Shown: positions 1 through 9,505, numbered from the stretch's first letter. The stretch: DNA of 32,000 nt from Patescibacteria group bacterium (GCA_023480925.1 JAMCWY010000022.1:2986-34985); one strand, 5' to 3'. The notes: generated by a model from the sequence alone, not told the origin. A program made the numbers and translations.

Positions 1-842
1 TTCAAAAGCGAAGCGAGAAAAAAACTAAATGTTCTTAAATCAAAAAGCAAGATCATTTTTTTTAATATCGGCGTCCGAACGACGATATTGATGGCGGTCC
101 GGCGACCGACTCGAGTCGAAAAAAACGCGGTTAAACTCAAAAGGGTAAAAATAACGATCGAGATGATAACGCGGACATGCTTGCCGATAAACAAACCGAC
201 CGTGATAAAAATTTTCGAGGCGAGCGGAACATTACCTTGAAACTGACTGACCAACAAAGCGATCTTGGGCAAGACAAAAGTCGCCATCAACAAAACCACG
301 CCAAAGGCGCCAACCAAAATAATGGCGGGATAAATTAGGGCTGAAGTTATCTCGGACCGAGCGATTTTTGATCGTTCCAAATCGGACGCCCATTTTTCAA
401 AAACTTTGGCCAAATTGCCGGAATATTCGCCGACGCGAACAATCTCGATCTCCATCGGCGAAAAATAATTCGGGAACAGAGCAAAGGCTTCGTAAATCGA
501 AGCGCCTTTTTCCAGATGTAAATTTAGATAAACGAGAAAGTTTTTGAGCGCATGCGAGTTTGTATCTTGCATCAAAATCGTCACGCCGTCTTTAAAGTTC
601 ATACCTGACTTGAAAACAACAAAAAGATTCCGAACCAAAAAAATTTTGTCTTTAATCGACAATCGACCGAAAAAATCGTTGATTAAATAAAACGGAAAAA
701 GCCGCCTGGTTTTGGCAATTTTGATCGGCGTCCAACGCAACATCAAAAGGTAGCTCAAGACCTCATCTTCGGACTGAGCCAAGACCGAACCCTTTTGAGA
801 TTTACCTTCTTGGCTAACCGCTGAAAATTTATATGAATCCAT
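1..842 (-). CDS. pilC: Type IV pilus / T2SS platform protein PilC/GspF family, N-terminal ~280 aa (3' end runs off the left edge)
   Basis: Not in the ORF track. Hand translation of the minus strand from ATG at 842..840 is open all the way to base 1: MDSYKFSAVSQEGKSQKGSVLAQSEDEVLSYL...FKSGMNFKDGVTILMQD...EIEIVRVGEYSGNLAKVFEKWASDLE...ALIYPAIILVGAFGVVLLMATFVLPK...RTPILKKMILLFDLRTFSFFLASLL. This is the layout of a GspF/T2SS-F repeat followed by the start of the second repeat. It lies immediately downstream of a PilB-like ATPase. Confidence 0.8.
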   Translation of the reverse strand, partial: MDSYKFSAVSQEGKSQKGSVLAQSEDEVLSYLLMLRWTPIKIAKTRRLFPFYLINDFFGRLSIKDKIFLVRNLFVVFKSGMNFKDGVTILMQDTNSHALKNFLVYLNLHLEKGASIYEAFALFPNYFSPMEIEIVRVGEYSGNLAKVFEKWASDLERSKIARSEITSALIYPAIILVGAFGVVLLMATFVLPKIALLVSQFQGNVPLASKIFITVGLFIGKHVRVIISIVIFTLLSLTAFFSTRVGRRTAINIVVRTPILKKMILLFDLRTFSFFLASLL

Positions 843-878
843 AATTTTTAAATTCACGCTTTGCCAGAATTTCAAATT

Positions 879-2585
879 TTACTCTCGAATCACCCGCATG
901 ACCTCTTCGAGTGTTGTCTGGCCGGTAAAAATTTTATTCAAGCCATCCTCAAACATCGTCTTGAATCCCCCTTTTTTAAGCATCTCCCGAAACTCAACTA
1001 GGTGAAAATTTTTTTGGGAAATATAATCCTTAGCCTCCTCGTCGACCTTAAGCGTTTCAAAAATACCGATCCGACCACGATAGCCAGAAGACGAACAAAT
1101 CACACAACCCTTGCCTCGATAAACGAATTCGGGCAGACCGATATTTTTAATTTCTGTTTCAGTCAAATTTAAATTTTTCAACTGGGCCTTAATCATTTCT
1201 TTTTGAGTAATCGAGATCTTTTCCGAAATAATACAATCAAGACAAATCTTTCGGACCAAGCGCTGGGCAAGAATGATGTCAATCGTGGCGGCGATGAGGT
1301 AATTTGGCACGCCCAAATCGATTAACCGCGGAATTGAAGACGGCGCGTCGTTGGTGTGAAGGGTGGAAAGAAGGAGATGCCCAGTAAGAGCGGCCTGGAT
1401 GGCAATGTCGGCAGTTTCAAAATCGCGAATCTCGCCAACCATAATCACGTTTGGATCTTGGCGCAAAAACGATCTAAGGCCGTTGGCAAAATCAAAACCG
1501 ATCTTTTGGTTGACTTGGCTTTGGTTAATGTAAGCCAACTCGTACTCAATTGGATCTTCGATCGTGACGATATTAACCTCGGGCCGATTTAAAAGTTGAA
1601 GAACTGTGTAAAGAGTCGTTGTCTTACCCGAGCCGGTTGGACCAGTCGACAAAATTAAACCATAAGCTTTATTTAATGATTCTTTAATAGCAACCTCGTT
1701 CGCTTGAGGCATACCCAACTCCTCAAACGAAGATGGTTTGAAATTTGCGGCCAAGAGCCTCATCGCGACCTTTTCACCGTAAAGTGTTGGCATAATTGAA
1801 ACACGGATGTCAAAAGGAAAGTTACTGACAACAGTTTTAAAACGACCATCTTGGGGCTTGAAGTGTTCGTCCAGTTGGAGATTGCTTAAAATTTTAACCC
1901 GGGCGACAAGAGGCAGATGAAGTTCCTTAGGTAAACGCATAATTTCTCGCAGGACCCCGTCGACCCGGAATCGAATCAGCGAGAACGTTTCCGTAATTTC
2001 AAGATGAATATCCGAAGCGTTCATACCCATAGCGTAGCCAAGAAGATTATCGATTATCTGAATAGCGGAAAGTTCTGTCTTTTCGTTCGTGAGTGTGGCT
2101 AAGTCTATTTCCGAAAGTTGTTTTTTAATTAATTCGTTATACTTTTCTCGATAAAGTTTCTGATAGCCGGTTAAGGCGTAACGAAAATCTTCCTCGAGCG
2201 TCAAGTAAGGTTCGATTTTTAAACCGGTCAGGTTGCCAACCAAACTGACCGTTTCGAGATCTTGAGGATAGACCATCGCCAGTTTTAAAACTTGATCCTT
2301 GAGTTCAATCGGTAAAATTTCTTTTTCACTAGCGACATTCTCCGGGATCAATCGCAAAACCGAAGCTGGAATATCAATTTTTCTCAGATCCACAAGCGGC
2401 ACTTTTAAATAATCGCTTAAAAGTTGCGCGAAATAATTTTTATCCAACAAACGTCGGCCAAAAAGAATATCCAAAGGAGTCAAATTGAGTTGCTGCGCCT
2501 CTTGGAGGATGTCGTGCCAGGTCGATTTGTCCACAACCTGATTTTTGAACAAAATTTCTTCAACTTGTTTCTCGGGAATGTTCAT
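879..2585 (-). CDS. pilB: PilB/GspE-family type IV pilus assembly (extension) ATPase, 568 aa
   Basis: N-terminal T2SSE_N/MshEN-like domain. Walker A GPTGSGKTTT, Asp box, Walker B IMVGEIRD, His box LLSTLHTN. Tetracysteine motif CLDC...CVIC followed by GYRGRIGIFE. ATGA overlap with the upstream membrane ORF at 2582-2585. Confidence 0.92.
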   Translation of the reverse strand: MNIPEKQVEEILFKNQVVDKSTWHDILQEAQQLNLTPLDILFGRRLLDKNYFAQLLSDYLKVPLVDLRKIDIPASVLRLIPENVASEKEILPIELKDQVLKLAMVYPQDLETVSLVGNLTGLKIEPYLTLEEDFRYALTGYQKLYREKYNELIKKQLSEIDLATLTNEKTELSAIQIIDNLLGYAMGMNASDIHLEITETFSLIRFRVDGVLREIMRLPKELHLPLVARVKILSNLQLDEHFKPQDGRFKTVVSNFPFDIRVSIMPTLYGEKVAMRLLAANFKPSSFEELGMPQANEVAIKESLNKAYGLILSTGPTGSGKTTTLYTVLQLLNRPEVNIVTIEDPIEYELAYINQSQVNQKIGFDFANGLRSFLRQDPNVIMVGEIRDFETADIAIQAALTGHLLLSTLHTNDAPSSIPRLIDLGVPNYLIAATIDIILAQRLVRKICLDCIISEKISITQKEMIKAQLKNLNLTETEIKNIGLPEFVYRGKGCVICSSSGYRGRIGIFETLKVDEEAKDYISQKNFHLVEFREMLKKGGFKTMFEDGLNKIFTGQTTLEEVMRVIRE

Positions 2586-3289
2586 GGTTTAATCCGGGCA
2601 AACCAGTAAAACTGGTTTAGATAAAAATTAAGCGGGATGAAAATCAAAATTAGACCTAACCAAAAATTTCTTAAGCTGACCCGCTCGAAACCCGATCGCC
2701 TTTTGTTAATTATAGACCAAAATTGGACAACAACCAACAAGATCAAACCAAAAATAAAAAAACCGAGATTAAGAGGAAAGTCGATCAAAAGACCGGCGAA
2801 AAAAAGAAAATAAAACTCTTCGCGATAAAAAAACCGACCTCGAAAAAGCTTGGTTAGAAGCCCCATTAAAAAAATAATCAGCCCGGCGCCGATTAAACGC
2901 CAAAGCGGAATTTTTATAAAATGCTGGTAGCTGTAACCGAGATAAAATTTGCCCAAATCTTTATAGGGCGGCAAAGAATAACGCATAAACGAATCAAGCT
3001 GCCATTCGCGATACTGGAAAAAAGACAGACTAGTTGAATAAAAAATAAAAAAGGCTAAAATTATAAAAATAGCCAGGCGATAAGACCGAAAAGGCCAGAC
3101 GCCGCCGTAAGCGCCCGTTTTTTTAAAAATCAGATCAAGGCCAAATAAAAACAAAGCAATTAAAAAACTAACGAGATAAAAAAAATTACTTATGACAAAA
3201 GTTAAAAAATTCGACATCGGCGCGGTTAGTTTTTGGTTGATTGAAAAACCAGATAATAATATTTTAACCGAGATTAAAACGATTATCAA
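2582..3289 (-). CDS. Polytopic integral membrane protein of unknown function, translationally coupled to pilB (start uncertain; internal Met at 3217 possible)
   Basis: 235-aa ORF, very F/Y/L-rich with about 6-7 hydrophobic segments. Its stop TGA overlaps the pilB ATG. No prepilin-peptidase GGGD-type motif seen. The 5' end overlaps the divergent CorA-like ORF by 26-98 nt depending on the start chosen. Confidence 0.55.
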   Translation of the reverse strand: MIIVLISVKILLSGFSINQKLTAPMSNFLTFVISNFFYLVSFLIALFLFGLDLIFKKTGAYGGVWPFRSYRLAIFIILAFFIFYSTSLSFFQYREWQLDSFMRYSLPPYKDLGKFYLGYSYQHFIKIPLWRLIGAGLIIFLMGLLTKLFRGRFFYREEFYFLFFAGLLIDFPLNLGFFIFGLILLVVVQFWSIINKRRSGFERVSLRNFWLGLILIFIPLNFYLNQFYWFARIKP

Positions 3290-4106
3290 TTTAAATCAGT
3301 CAACCTTGACCGAGTTGGCCGAACCATCGAACCAACCCAAGAGCGAAGAGTATCAAGATTATTTTTACTTTATTCTTCATCTACCCATTTGGCAAAAATT
3401 GGAAAAGAAAAATAAAAACGTCGAGATTGATTTGATCTACGCGGAAAATTTTTTGGCTTGCGTCAGCTATGAAGAAACTCTACCATTGGTCGAATTCGAG
3501 CAAGAACTTGAAAATAATACTTATTTCCGCGACAATCTTATCGTGGCCAATGATAGCTTTTTTGTTTTTTACGAACTGCTCCGATTCGTATTCAAATTTC
3601 TCTCGCGCCAACTCCATCATCTTCAAAAGAAGGTTGACCAGGTCGAAGACAAAATTTTTACTTTCGATCTCAAGCTCCTCGGCGACTTTCGTGAAATCAA
3701 AATGGATGTCCTTGATTTTATTAAGATCATTCAGCAAAATCAGCGGGGGTTGATTGATCTTGACCAGTATAAAATCTTCGCCCAAGTCGACCGTTACCTT
3801 TTTAAAAAACTCGAGTCTGATTATTTAAAAATCATGGACCAACTTATTTTTTTTCAAACGGCGACCAACTCGCTTGAAGCCTCCCAGCTTAACTTTCTCA
3901 ACCTTCAGTTCACTAAAATTGTCAGAACCTTCACGACCTTAGCCTTCATTACTTTTCCCTTGATGCTCTTGGTCGGATTAGTCGGACTGGGTTATGATTC
4001 CAACCCGCTCTTCCGCCTCGGCCAATCGTTTTGGTTGGTGTTGGGCTTAACTTTGACCGCCGCTATTTTGATGATTATTTACTTTAAAAACAAAAAATGG
4101 CTTTAA
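3192..4106 (+). CDS. CorA-family divalent cation channel homolog with non-canonical GLG in place of the GMN signature
   Basis: The C-terminal two-TM region FTTLAFITFPLMLLVGLVGLGYDSNPLF...MIIYFKNKKWL lines up by eye with the CorA C-terminus (..PLTFIAGIYGMNFEYMPEL...YFKKKKWL in the Thermotoga protein as I recall it). A long helical middle region precedes it. Confidence 0.75.
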   Translation: MTKVKKFDIGAVSFWLIEKPDNNILTEIKTIINLNQSTLTELAEPSNQPKSEEYQDYFYFILHLPIWQKLEKKNKNVEIDLIYAENFLACVSYEETLPLVEFEQELENNTYFRDNLIVANDSFFVFYELLRFVFKFLSRQLHHLQKKVDQVEDKIFTFDLKLLGDFREIKMDVLDFIKIIQQNQRGLIDLDQYKIFAQVDRYLFKKLESDYLKIMDQLIFFQTATNSLEASQLNFLNLQFTKIVRTFTTLAFITFPLMLLVGLVGLGYDSNPLFRLGQSFWLVLGLTLTAAILMIIYFKNKKWL

Positions 4107-4645
4107 AAAAAACACGACGGCGATTGTCAAAAATAAGAAATTTTTTCAATCAAAGCGCTGGCCCTTCAGCCGGCTTTACTTTAGTTGAAATTATTATCGT
4201 CATGGCTTTGGTCGTGATGGTTGCCATAATCGCCACGGCCTTGGTCAATTTTTCCAGTCGCGGCCTCTTGCTTAGATCCGAATCGGAAAAAATTCAAAAA
4301 ACAATCGAGACGGCCAGAGAAAGAGCCGACCTCAGCATTAATGGTTTAGGCTGGGGCGTTTATTTTCTTAACACCAGCACCGAGCAATCTTACTCAATTT
4401 TCTCCGGCTCGAACTTTGCCTCAGCCAGCACGACCGTTAAAACCTTATTACCAAACACCGTCATCTTTATCGTCCCCACAACCTCATCCTCGACCGAAAT
4501 CGATTTCGCCAAATTCACCGATCAGATCAGCCTCAACGGCACCAACCTCAACACCACAACCGCCATCATTATTAGTTCAGCCGATGGCGCGACTAGGGCG
4601 ACGATCTCAATTAACCCCCTGGGCCAAACTTCGATTAGTTATTAG
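4097..4645 (+). CDS. Prepilin-type N-terminal cleavage/methylation domain protein (type IV pilin or pseudopilin), 182 aa
   Basis: Class III signal: basic leader then G|FTLVEIIIVMALVVMVAIIATALV (G-F-T-L-x-E plus hydrophobic helix). Ser/Thr-rich C-terminal globular part. An alternative TTG start would give a shorter leader. Confidence 0.8.
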   Translation: MALKKTRRRLSKIRNFFNQSAGPSAGFTLVEIIIVMALVVMVAIIATALVNFSSRGLLLRSESEKIQKTIETARERADLSINGLGWGVYFLNTSTEQSYSIFSGSNFASASTTVKTLLPNTVIFIVPTTSSSTEIDFAKFTDQISLNGTNLNTTTAIIISSADGATRATISINPLGQTSISY

Positions 4646-4742
4646 ACTTGGCCAATTTAATCCTTCGTCTCGATTGTTTGTTTTTTTAAAACCGCCGATT
4701 AAATTTCGAATCAACGTCGGTTTGTGTTAGAATTAAAAAGAA

Positions 4743-4973
4743 ATGAGACGCGTTATAATTTATTCAACCAGTCACTGCCCTTACTGCCAACTGGCTAAAG
4801 AATTTTTAACCAAAAAAGGCGTTGCTTTCGAAGAAAAAAACGTTGAAACCGACCTAAACAGCCGGAATGAATTAATTCAAAAAAGCGGTCAGTTGGCCGT
4901 TCCGGTCATAGAGATCGACGGAAAACTTATAATCGGTTTTTCCGCCGATGAGATTGAAAAAGCTTTGGACTAA
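4743..4973 (+). CDS. Glutaredoxin-like small redoxin (CPYC active site), 76 aa
   Basis: IYSTSHCPYCQLAKEFL...VPVIEIDGKLIIGF: thioredoxin-fold glutaredoxin/NrdH-like pattern. Sits directly upstream of a thioredoxin reductase homolog. Confidence 0.85.
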   Translation: MRRVIIYSTSHCPYCQLAKEFLTKKGVAFEEKNVETDLNSRNELIQKSGQLAVPVIEIDGKLIIGFSADEIEKALD

Positions 4974-5017
4974 GTTTGGAATTGAAAATTAAATTGTTTT
5001 TTTTATAAAACCCCTCG

Positions 5018-5950
5018 ATGAAAAAAGCTCTAATTGTTGGCGCCTCCGCCGCCGGCCTAAGCGCCGCCATCTATCTTAAACGTCACGCCGTTGACTTTAG
5101 TCTTATCGCCAAAGATATTGGTGGTGAGATGATCCTGTCAGGCGAAATCGGAAATTACCCGGGCATAGCCGCAACAACTGGCTTTGAATTGACCAAACAG
5201 TTTCGAAAACAAGCCGAGCTTAACCAAATTGAGGTCGAGACTGGCATTAATGTTAATGAAATTAAATCAATTGCCAACGGTTTTCAGGTTAACGGCCAAA
5301 AAAATAATCAGCTCGTCCAGAACGAGGCAAACGCGATCTTGGTCGCGACCGGCTCAACACCGAAAAAGCTTGGCCTGCCCGGCGAAAAAGAATTCTATCA
5401 ACACGGCCTGAGTTATTGCGCCGTTTGTGACGGACCGGTTTTTAAAAATAAAAATGTCGCGATCATCGGCGGCGGCAACTCCGCCCTAGAAGCCGGTTTA
5501 ATGTTAACCGAACTTTGTCCGCAAGTTTACCTGATCACAATCAATGACGCGCTCCAGGGCGACGTGATTTTAATTAGAGCCTTAATAAAAAAATCAAACG
5601 TTAAAATAATCTACCGCGGTCAGACCAAAGAATTTTTTGGCGAAAATAATTTTCTTAAAGGCCTGGCTTATCTTGACTTGAACAGCGGCCAAATCGAAAA
5701 AATTTTGGTTGACGGCGTTTTTGTCCACATCGGCCTAAACCCGAACAGCGACCTTGTCCCGGAAATATGGGGTATAAAAAATAATTTAAACGAAATTAAA
5801 ATTGACCGCCTCGGCCAAACTTCTCAACCCGGCCTTTTCGCCGCCGGCGACGTGACTGATTTGCCTTATAAACAAATCGGCGTCGCGACCGGCCAGGGCG
5901 TTATCGCCGGCCTTTCTTTGATTAACTTCCTCAATAATCTTGATGCCTGA
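5018..5950 (+). CDS. trxB: Thioredoxin-disulfide reductase family flavoprotein, 310 aa
   Basis: Redox-active CAVCDG, NAD(P)H motif IIGGGNSALEAG, C-terminal FAAGDVTD. The N-terminal FAD motif reads VGASAAG (GxSxxG rather than GxGxxG). Confidence 0.85.
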   Translation: MKKALIVGASAAGLSAAIYLKRHAVDFSLIAKDIGGEMILSGEIGNYPGIAATTGFELTKQFRKQAELNQIEVETGINVNEIKSIANGFQVNGQKNNQLVQNEANAILVATGSTPKKLGLPGEKEFYQHGLSYCAVCDGPVFKNKNVAIIGGGNSALEAGLMLTELCPQVYLITINDALQGDVILIRALIKKSNVKIIYRGQTKEFFGENNFLKGLAYLDLNSGQIEKILVDGVFVHIGLNPNSDLVPEIWGIKNNLNEIKIDRLGQTSQPGLFAAGDVTDLPYKQIGVATGQGVIAGLSLINFLNNLDA

Positions 5951-7364
5951 ATTTAAAAATTTGACCGTTTCTGATTTTAAAAAATTATTTTTGGGCGGGT
6001 ACGATTTGAATGATTTTTATTCAACCTACCTCGATTGGTTAAAGGCCGCCGATGAAAAAATTAACGGTTTTCTTTACCTAACTGAAAAAACAGTCGCTCA
6101 GAGCATTGCCGAAATAAAAACAAAACCAAAAACCCTGCCGCTTTGGGGCGTGCCGGTCGCGATTAAAGACGCGATCTTAGTTAAATCCGAACGCGCGACT
6201 TCGGCCTCGAAAATATTGGAAAATTTCATCGCTCCCTACGACGCGACCGTGGTAAAAAAAATCAAGGCGGCCGGCGGCATCATCGTTGGTAAAACCAATA
6301 TGGACGAATTCGCCATGGGTTCGTCAACTGAAAATTCAGCCTTCAAAAAAACCAAAAATCCGTTCGACCCAGAGAGAATTCCCGGCGGCAGCTCGGGCGG
6401 GTCGGCCGCGGTCGTTGGCGCCGGCCTTGTCCCGCTCAGCCTAGGCTCTGATACGGGCGGTTCAATCAGACAGCCAGCTAGCTTTTGCGACGTCTACGGC
6501 CTTAAACCAACCTATGGCGCTGTTTCTCGTTACGGCCTAATGGCAATGGCTTCATCGCTTGACCAGATCGGTCCGTTTAGCCGCCGCCTCGAAGATTTAA
6601 CCGCGATCTTTGACATAATCAGGGGCGCCGATCCAAAAGACAGCACCAGTCAAACCGGACCGGCTTCAAACCAAACCAACTTAAATAAAATTAAGAAAAA
6701 ATTAAAGCTCGGTCTGCCGATTGAGTGTTTTGACGACCTTGATCCAAAGATCAAAAATCTTATTTTGGAAAAAATTAAATCAACCGGACTCGAGTGGGTT
6801 GAAATTTCTTTAAACGAACTAGCCCAAAGCTTGGCCTGCTATTATTTAATTATGCCGGCCGAGGCCAGCGCCAACCTCGCCCGCTACGACGGCATTCGTT
6901 ATGGCCTGAGCGCCGAAGCGGATGAAATTTGGTCAGTTTATAAAAAATCGCGCCGACGCGGTTTTGGTCAAGAGGTCGTTCGACGAATTATCCTCGGCAC
7001 ATTTATTCTCTCGCACGGTTATTACGACGCCTATTACCTCAAAGCCCAAAAGCTCCGCCAGAAAATTTTTTCCGATTTTAAGAAAGCCTTAACTAGGGTT
7101 GATTTAATCTTGATGCCAACCTCGCCGAGTTTGCCTTTTAAATTCGAGGAAAAAACCAGCGATCCATTGGCGATGTATCTAAGCGATATTTACACTGTTT
7201 CGGCCAACCTTGCTGGCATTCCCAGCCTTAATATCCCGATTGGCCTAATTGAACCGCCCGAGCGAACAAAAAAATTGCCGGTCGGCCTTCAAGTTATCGC
7301 CGGCCTATTCGAAGAGAATAAAATATTTTCTTTTGCTAAAATCTTAGAAGATGCCAATCATTAA
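5943..7364 (+). CDS. gatA: Glu-tRNA(Gln)/Asp-tRNA(Asn) amidotransferase subunit A (amidase signature family)
   Basis: Amidase signature GGSSGGSAAVV...GSDTGGSIRQPASFCDVYGLKPTYG, plus the YYLKAQK motif typical of GatA. The ATG at 5943 is preferred over the TTG at 5940. It overlaps the trxB stop by 8 nt. Confidence 0.9.
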   Translation: MPEFKNLTVSDFKKLFLGGYDLNDFYSTYLDWLKAADEKINGFLYLTEKTVAQSIAEIKTKPKTLPLWGVPVAIKDAILVKSERATSASKILENFIAPYDATVVKKIKAAGGIIVGKTNMDEFAMGSSTENSAFKKTKNPFDPERIPGGSSGGSAAVVGAGLVPLSLGSDTGGSIRQPASFCDVYGLKPTYGAVSRYGLMAMASSLDQIGPFSRRLEDLTAIFDIIRGADPKDSTSQTGPASNQTNLNKIKKKLKLGLPIECFDDLDPKIKNLILEKIKSTGLEWVEISLNELAQSLACYYLIMPAEASANLARYDGIRYGLSAEADEIWSVYKKSRRRGFGQEVVRRIILGTFILSHGYYDAYYLKAQKLRQKIFSDFKKALTRVDLILMPTSPSLPFKFEEKTSDPLAMYLSDIYTVSANLAGIPSLNIPIGLIEPPERTKKLPVGLQVIAGLFEENKIFSFAKILEDANH

Positions 7365-7998
7365 ACAACTCCTTGAGCTTTTCGGAGTCTTTAGTGGATT
7401 AATTTACGAAAACACCAACTCGTCGATCTTCCGCTTAATCGTTTTCACCATAGCCATCGCCACGAGCTTGGCCGGATTTTACTACTGGTACGTTTTGGAA
7501 AAAAAATACGAGTGGAGTAGGTGGTTGTGGGGAAACCTTTTTCGTTTCTTTAGCCAGGCTCGAATCGACTTCAATGATTTTAAAAAAGATTGGATTAATT
7601 TAAAAAAACCTTTCTTGGTCAATCCGCTTAAATCGGTCATCGACGCAGAAAAATTTTTCGATCAAGTTTTCGATCTTTACGGCTATCTCGGCAAAAGCCT
7701 AACCGAACAAATCGGTCAAGCCTCACTCTTAACTCTGCCGCGTCGCGAACGACTCCAAAAAACCGTCGCGATTGTCGAAGCGATTAAGTTGCGAATCAAA
7801 ACCGGCGGAAAAATCGACCTAAGTAAAAAAGAAATTCTAACTATTTTAGAAGAATTTGAAAATAATCTTTTCGACCTCTTAGTTATCGGCGAAACTGAAC
7901 GTTGGGTCAAAAATCAAATCGCCGAGTTTAACCACTATCGCGATCACAATAACGCCACCAAACCAACCAACAACCAAGCAAGTAATTTTAAATCTTAA
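7351..7998 (+). CDS. Hypothetical protein with one N-proximal TM segment, 215 aa
   Basis: ORF overlaps the gatA 3' end by 14 nt (operonic). It has a hydrophobic segment IFRLIVFTIAIATSLAGFYYWYVL. No recognisable motif. Confidence 0.5.
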   Translation: MPIIKQLLELFGVFSGLIYENTNSSIFRLIVFTIAIATSLAGFYYWYVLEKKYEWSRWLWGNLFRFFSQARIDFNDFKKDWINLKKPFLVNPLKSVIDAEKFFDQVFDLYGYLGKSLTEQIGQASLLTLPRRERLQKTVAIVEAIKLRIKTGGKIDLSKKEILTILEEFENNLFDLLVIGETERWVKNQIAEFNHYRDHNNATKPTNNQASNFKS

Positions 7999-8044
7999 AT
8001 TAAAAAGTTTACGTTTTAAGTTTGAAAGGCTCGTTAAAAACAAT

Positions 8045-8077
8045 AGAGGCAACGAACGAAAAAATTTCGTTGCCTCT
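8045..8077. terminator. Intrinsic-terminator-like hairpin between convergent genes (bidirectional; better T-tract on the minus strand)
   Basis: Perfect 12-bp stem: agaggcaacgaa (8045-8056) pairs with ttcgttgcctct (8066-8077), with a 9-nt loop. Read on the minus strand it is followed by ATTGTTTTTAA, downstream of htrA. On the plus strand it is followed by TTTAT. Confidence 0.5.
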
Positions 8078-8194
8078 TTATGCCCGTGCAAAGGAGGAAG
8101 CGCGAACTATTTTTAGTTTAGTGCTATTTTCGCCAAAGTCAAGATTTTAAAAACGCCAAAAGACCAATGACATTCTTATCGCAATTACGGTTAA

Positions 8195-9505
8195 TTATAA
8201 CGTGGTCGGGTAGGCTTGGAGTTGAACGGGGATAGAAATAATTTGATCGCCTCTTAAAATTTTCAAAACAACTATTTGACCAATTTGATCATGGCTAATA
8301 ATTTGCGTTGGCGTGGTTTGTTGATTGATCGCCCGGCCGTCAATAGTTAAAATAATATCGCCTGGTTTAAGACCGGCTTTGGCCGCGGGCGAGTTTGGCA
8401 AAATCGCCGGCTGATTCGGGTCGGCGCTATAGATATAAGCACCCTGGTCAACGGCCAAATTAAACTTATTCTTAGCCTGGTTGTTAATGAGCAAATAACG
8501 AATACCCAGATATGGCACCTCGATCCGGCCAGTCGCTTCAACTTGGCTCAAAACCTGTTTAAACCGGTTAATCGGCAAAGCGAAACCGATGCTTTGGGCG
8601 CCGGAAACAATTGCTGTGTTAACGCCGATAACTTGACCGCGGAGACTGATCAGCGGACCGCCGGAATTGCCAAAATTTATCGCCGCGTCTGTTTGAATCA
8701 GATCTTCTAAATTTTCCACATTGCCAAAATTATCCGAAGCAACGAGATTTCTTTTAAGACCGGAAACGACGCCGACGCTTACTGTGTTTCTAAACTCGCC
8801 CAAGGCGTTGCCGATCGCCACGACCGTTTGGCCGAGAACAATCTTGTCAGAATCGCCCAGAGTTAAATAAGGTAAATCGTCCGCCTGAATTTTAATAATG
8901 GCAATGTCGTCAAAAGGATAAATGGCCGCGACCGTAGCTTGAAATTTCCTGCCGTCGTTCAAATAAACCGTATAGGTGGCCTTAGGATCGTCGACAACGT
9001 GTTTGTTGGTGATAATATAACCGTCGGGCGAAACGATAAAACCCGAACCGCCGCCGACCTGTTCTGTCGTCGTCCCCTCTTGAACCGGAGCTTGAAATTG
9101 GAAAAAATTGCCAAAACCGTTTTGTTGCAAAAATTGATTCAAGCCATTATTATTAAGGGGACTAATGTTTTCCTGATTTGTGATTGGGACGGTTTTACTG
9201 ATAGCGATACTTACAACCGCGGGCGAGGCTTGATTAATAACGTTGATAACGTCACGCTCGTAGCTGTCAACCGGCTGGTATTGGTCCGATTGGGCTTGAT
9301 TTTGAAAGACGCTCTCGAGGCCGCGGCTTGATTGGTTCGGCTGATTTGATTGATTTAACTGATTTTGATTTTTGGTCTGGATCAAATTTCTAAGCAAATC
9401 TATAAATCGACTAATCGAACTAGTCTGGGCCTGAACCAGTCCAAGTGAAGCGAACAAAAAAACCATAGTGGTAACAATAAAAATCGTCAATCTTTTTTTG
9501 CTCAT
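8195..9505 (-). CDS. htrA: HtrA/DegP-family periplasmic/extracytoplasmic serine protease with one PDZ domain, 436 aa
   Basis: N-terminal signal/anchor. Catalytic triad contexts ITNKHVV, DDIAIIKI, GNSGGPL. C-terminal PDZ (PAAKAGLKPGDIILTIDG). Q/N-rich linker after the anchor. Confidence 0.9.
   Translation of the reverse strand: MSKKRLTIFIVTTMVFLFASLGLVQAQTSSISRFIDLLRNLIQTKNQNQLNQSNQPNQSSRGLESVFQNQAQSDQYQPVDSYERDVINVINQASPAVVSIAISKTVPITNQENISPLNNNGLNQFLQQNGFGNFFQFQAPVQEGTTTEQVGGGSGFIVSPDGYIITNKHVVDDPKATYTVYLNDGRKFQATVAAIYPFDDIAIIKIQADDLPYLTLGDSDKIVLGQTVVAIGNALGEFRNTVSVGVVSGLKRNLVASDNFGNVENLEDLIQTDAAINFGNSGGPLISLRGQVIGVNTAIVSGAQSIGFALPINRFKQVLSQVEATGRIEVPYLGIRYLLINNQAKNKFNLAVDQGAYIYSADPNQPAILPNSPAAKAGLKPGDIILTIDGRAINQQTTPTQIISHDQIGQIVVLKILRGDQIISIPVQLQAYPTTL

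Noticed and set aside
4416-4730. 104-aa Pro/Ser-rich ORF in an alternative frame over the pilin gene
   Set aside because: It lies almost entirely within the well-supported pilin CDS on the same strand. Its composition is typical of an off-frame read-through of a Ser/Thr-rich gene. It has no independent start context.
5943-7364. gatA without adjacent gatC/gatB as an anomaly
   Set aside because: The gatCAB genes are dispersed in many genomes, so absence from this window says nothing about the genome.
7879-8091. 70-aa minus-strand ORF spanning the intergenic hairpin
   Set aside because: It overlaps the 3' end of the 215-aa gene and runs through the terminator-like hairpin. It has no supporting features.
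8939-9331. 130-aa plus-strand ORF antisense to htrA, and the 127-aa ORF at 14356-14739 antisense to the PBP gene
   Set aside because: Both lie opposite strongly supported CDSs and have no features of their own.
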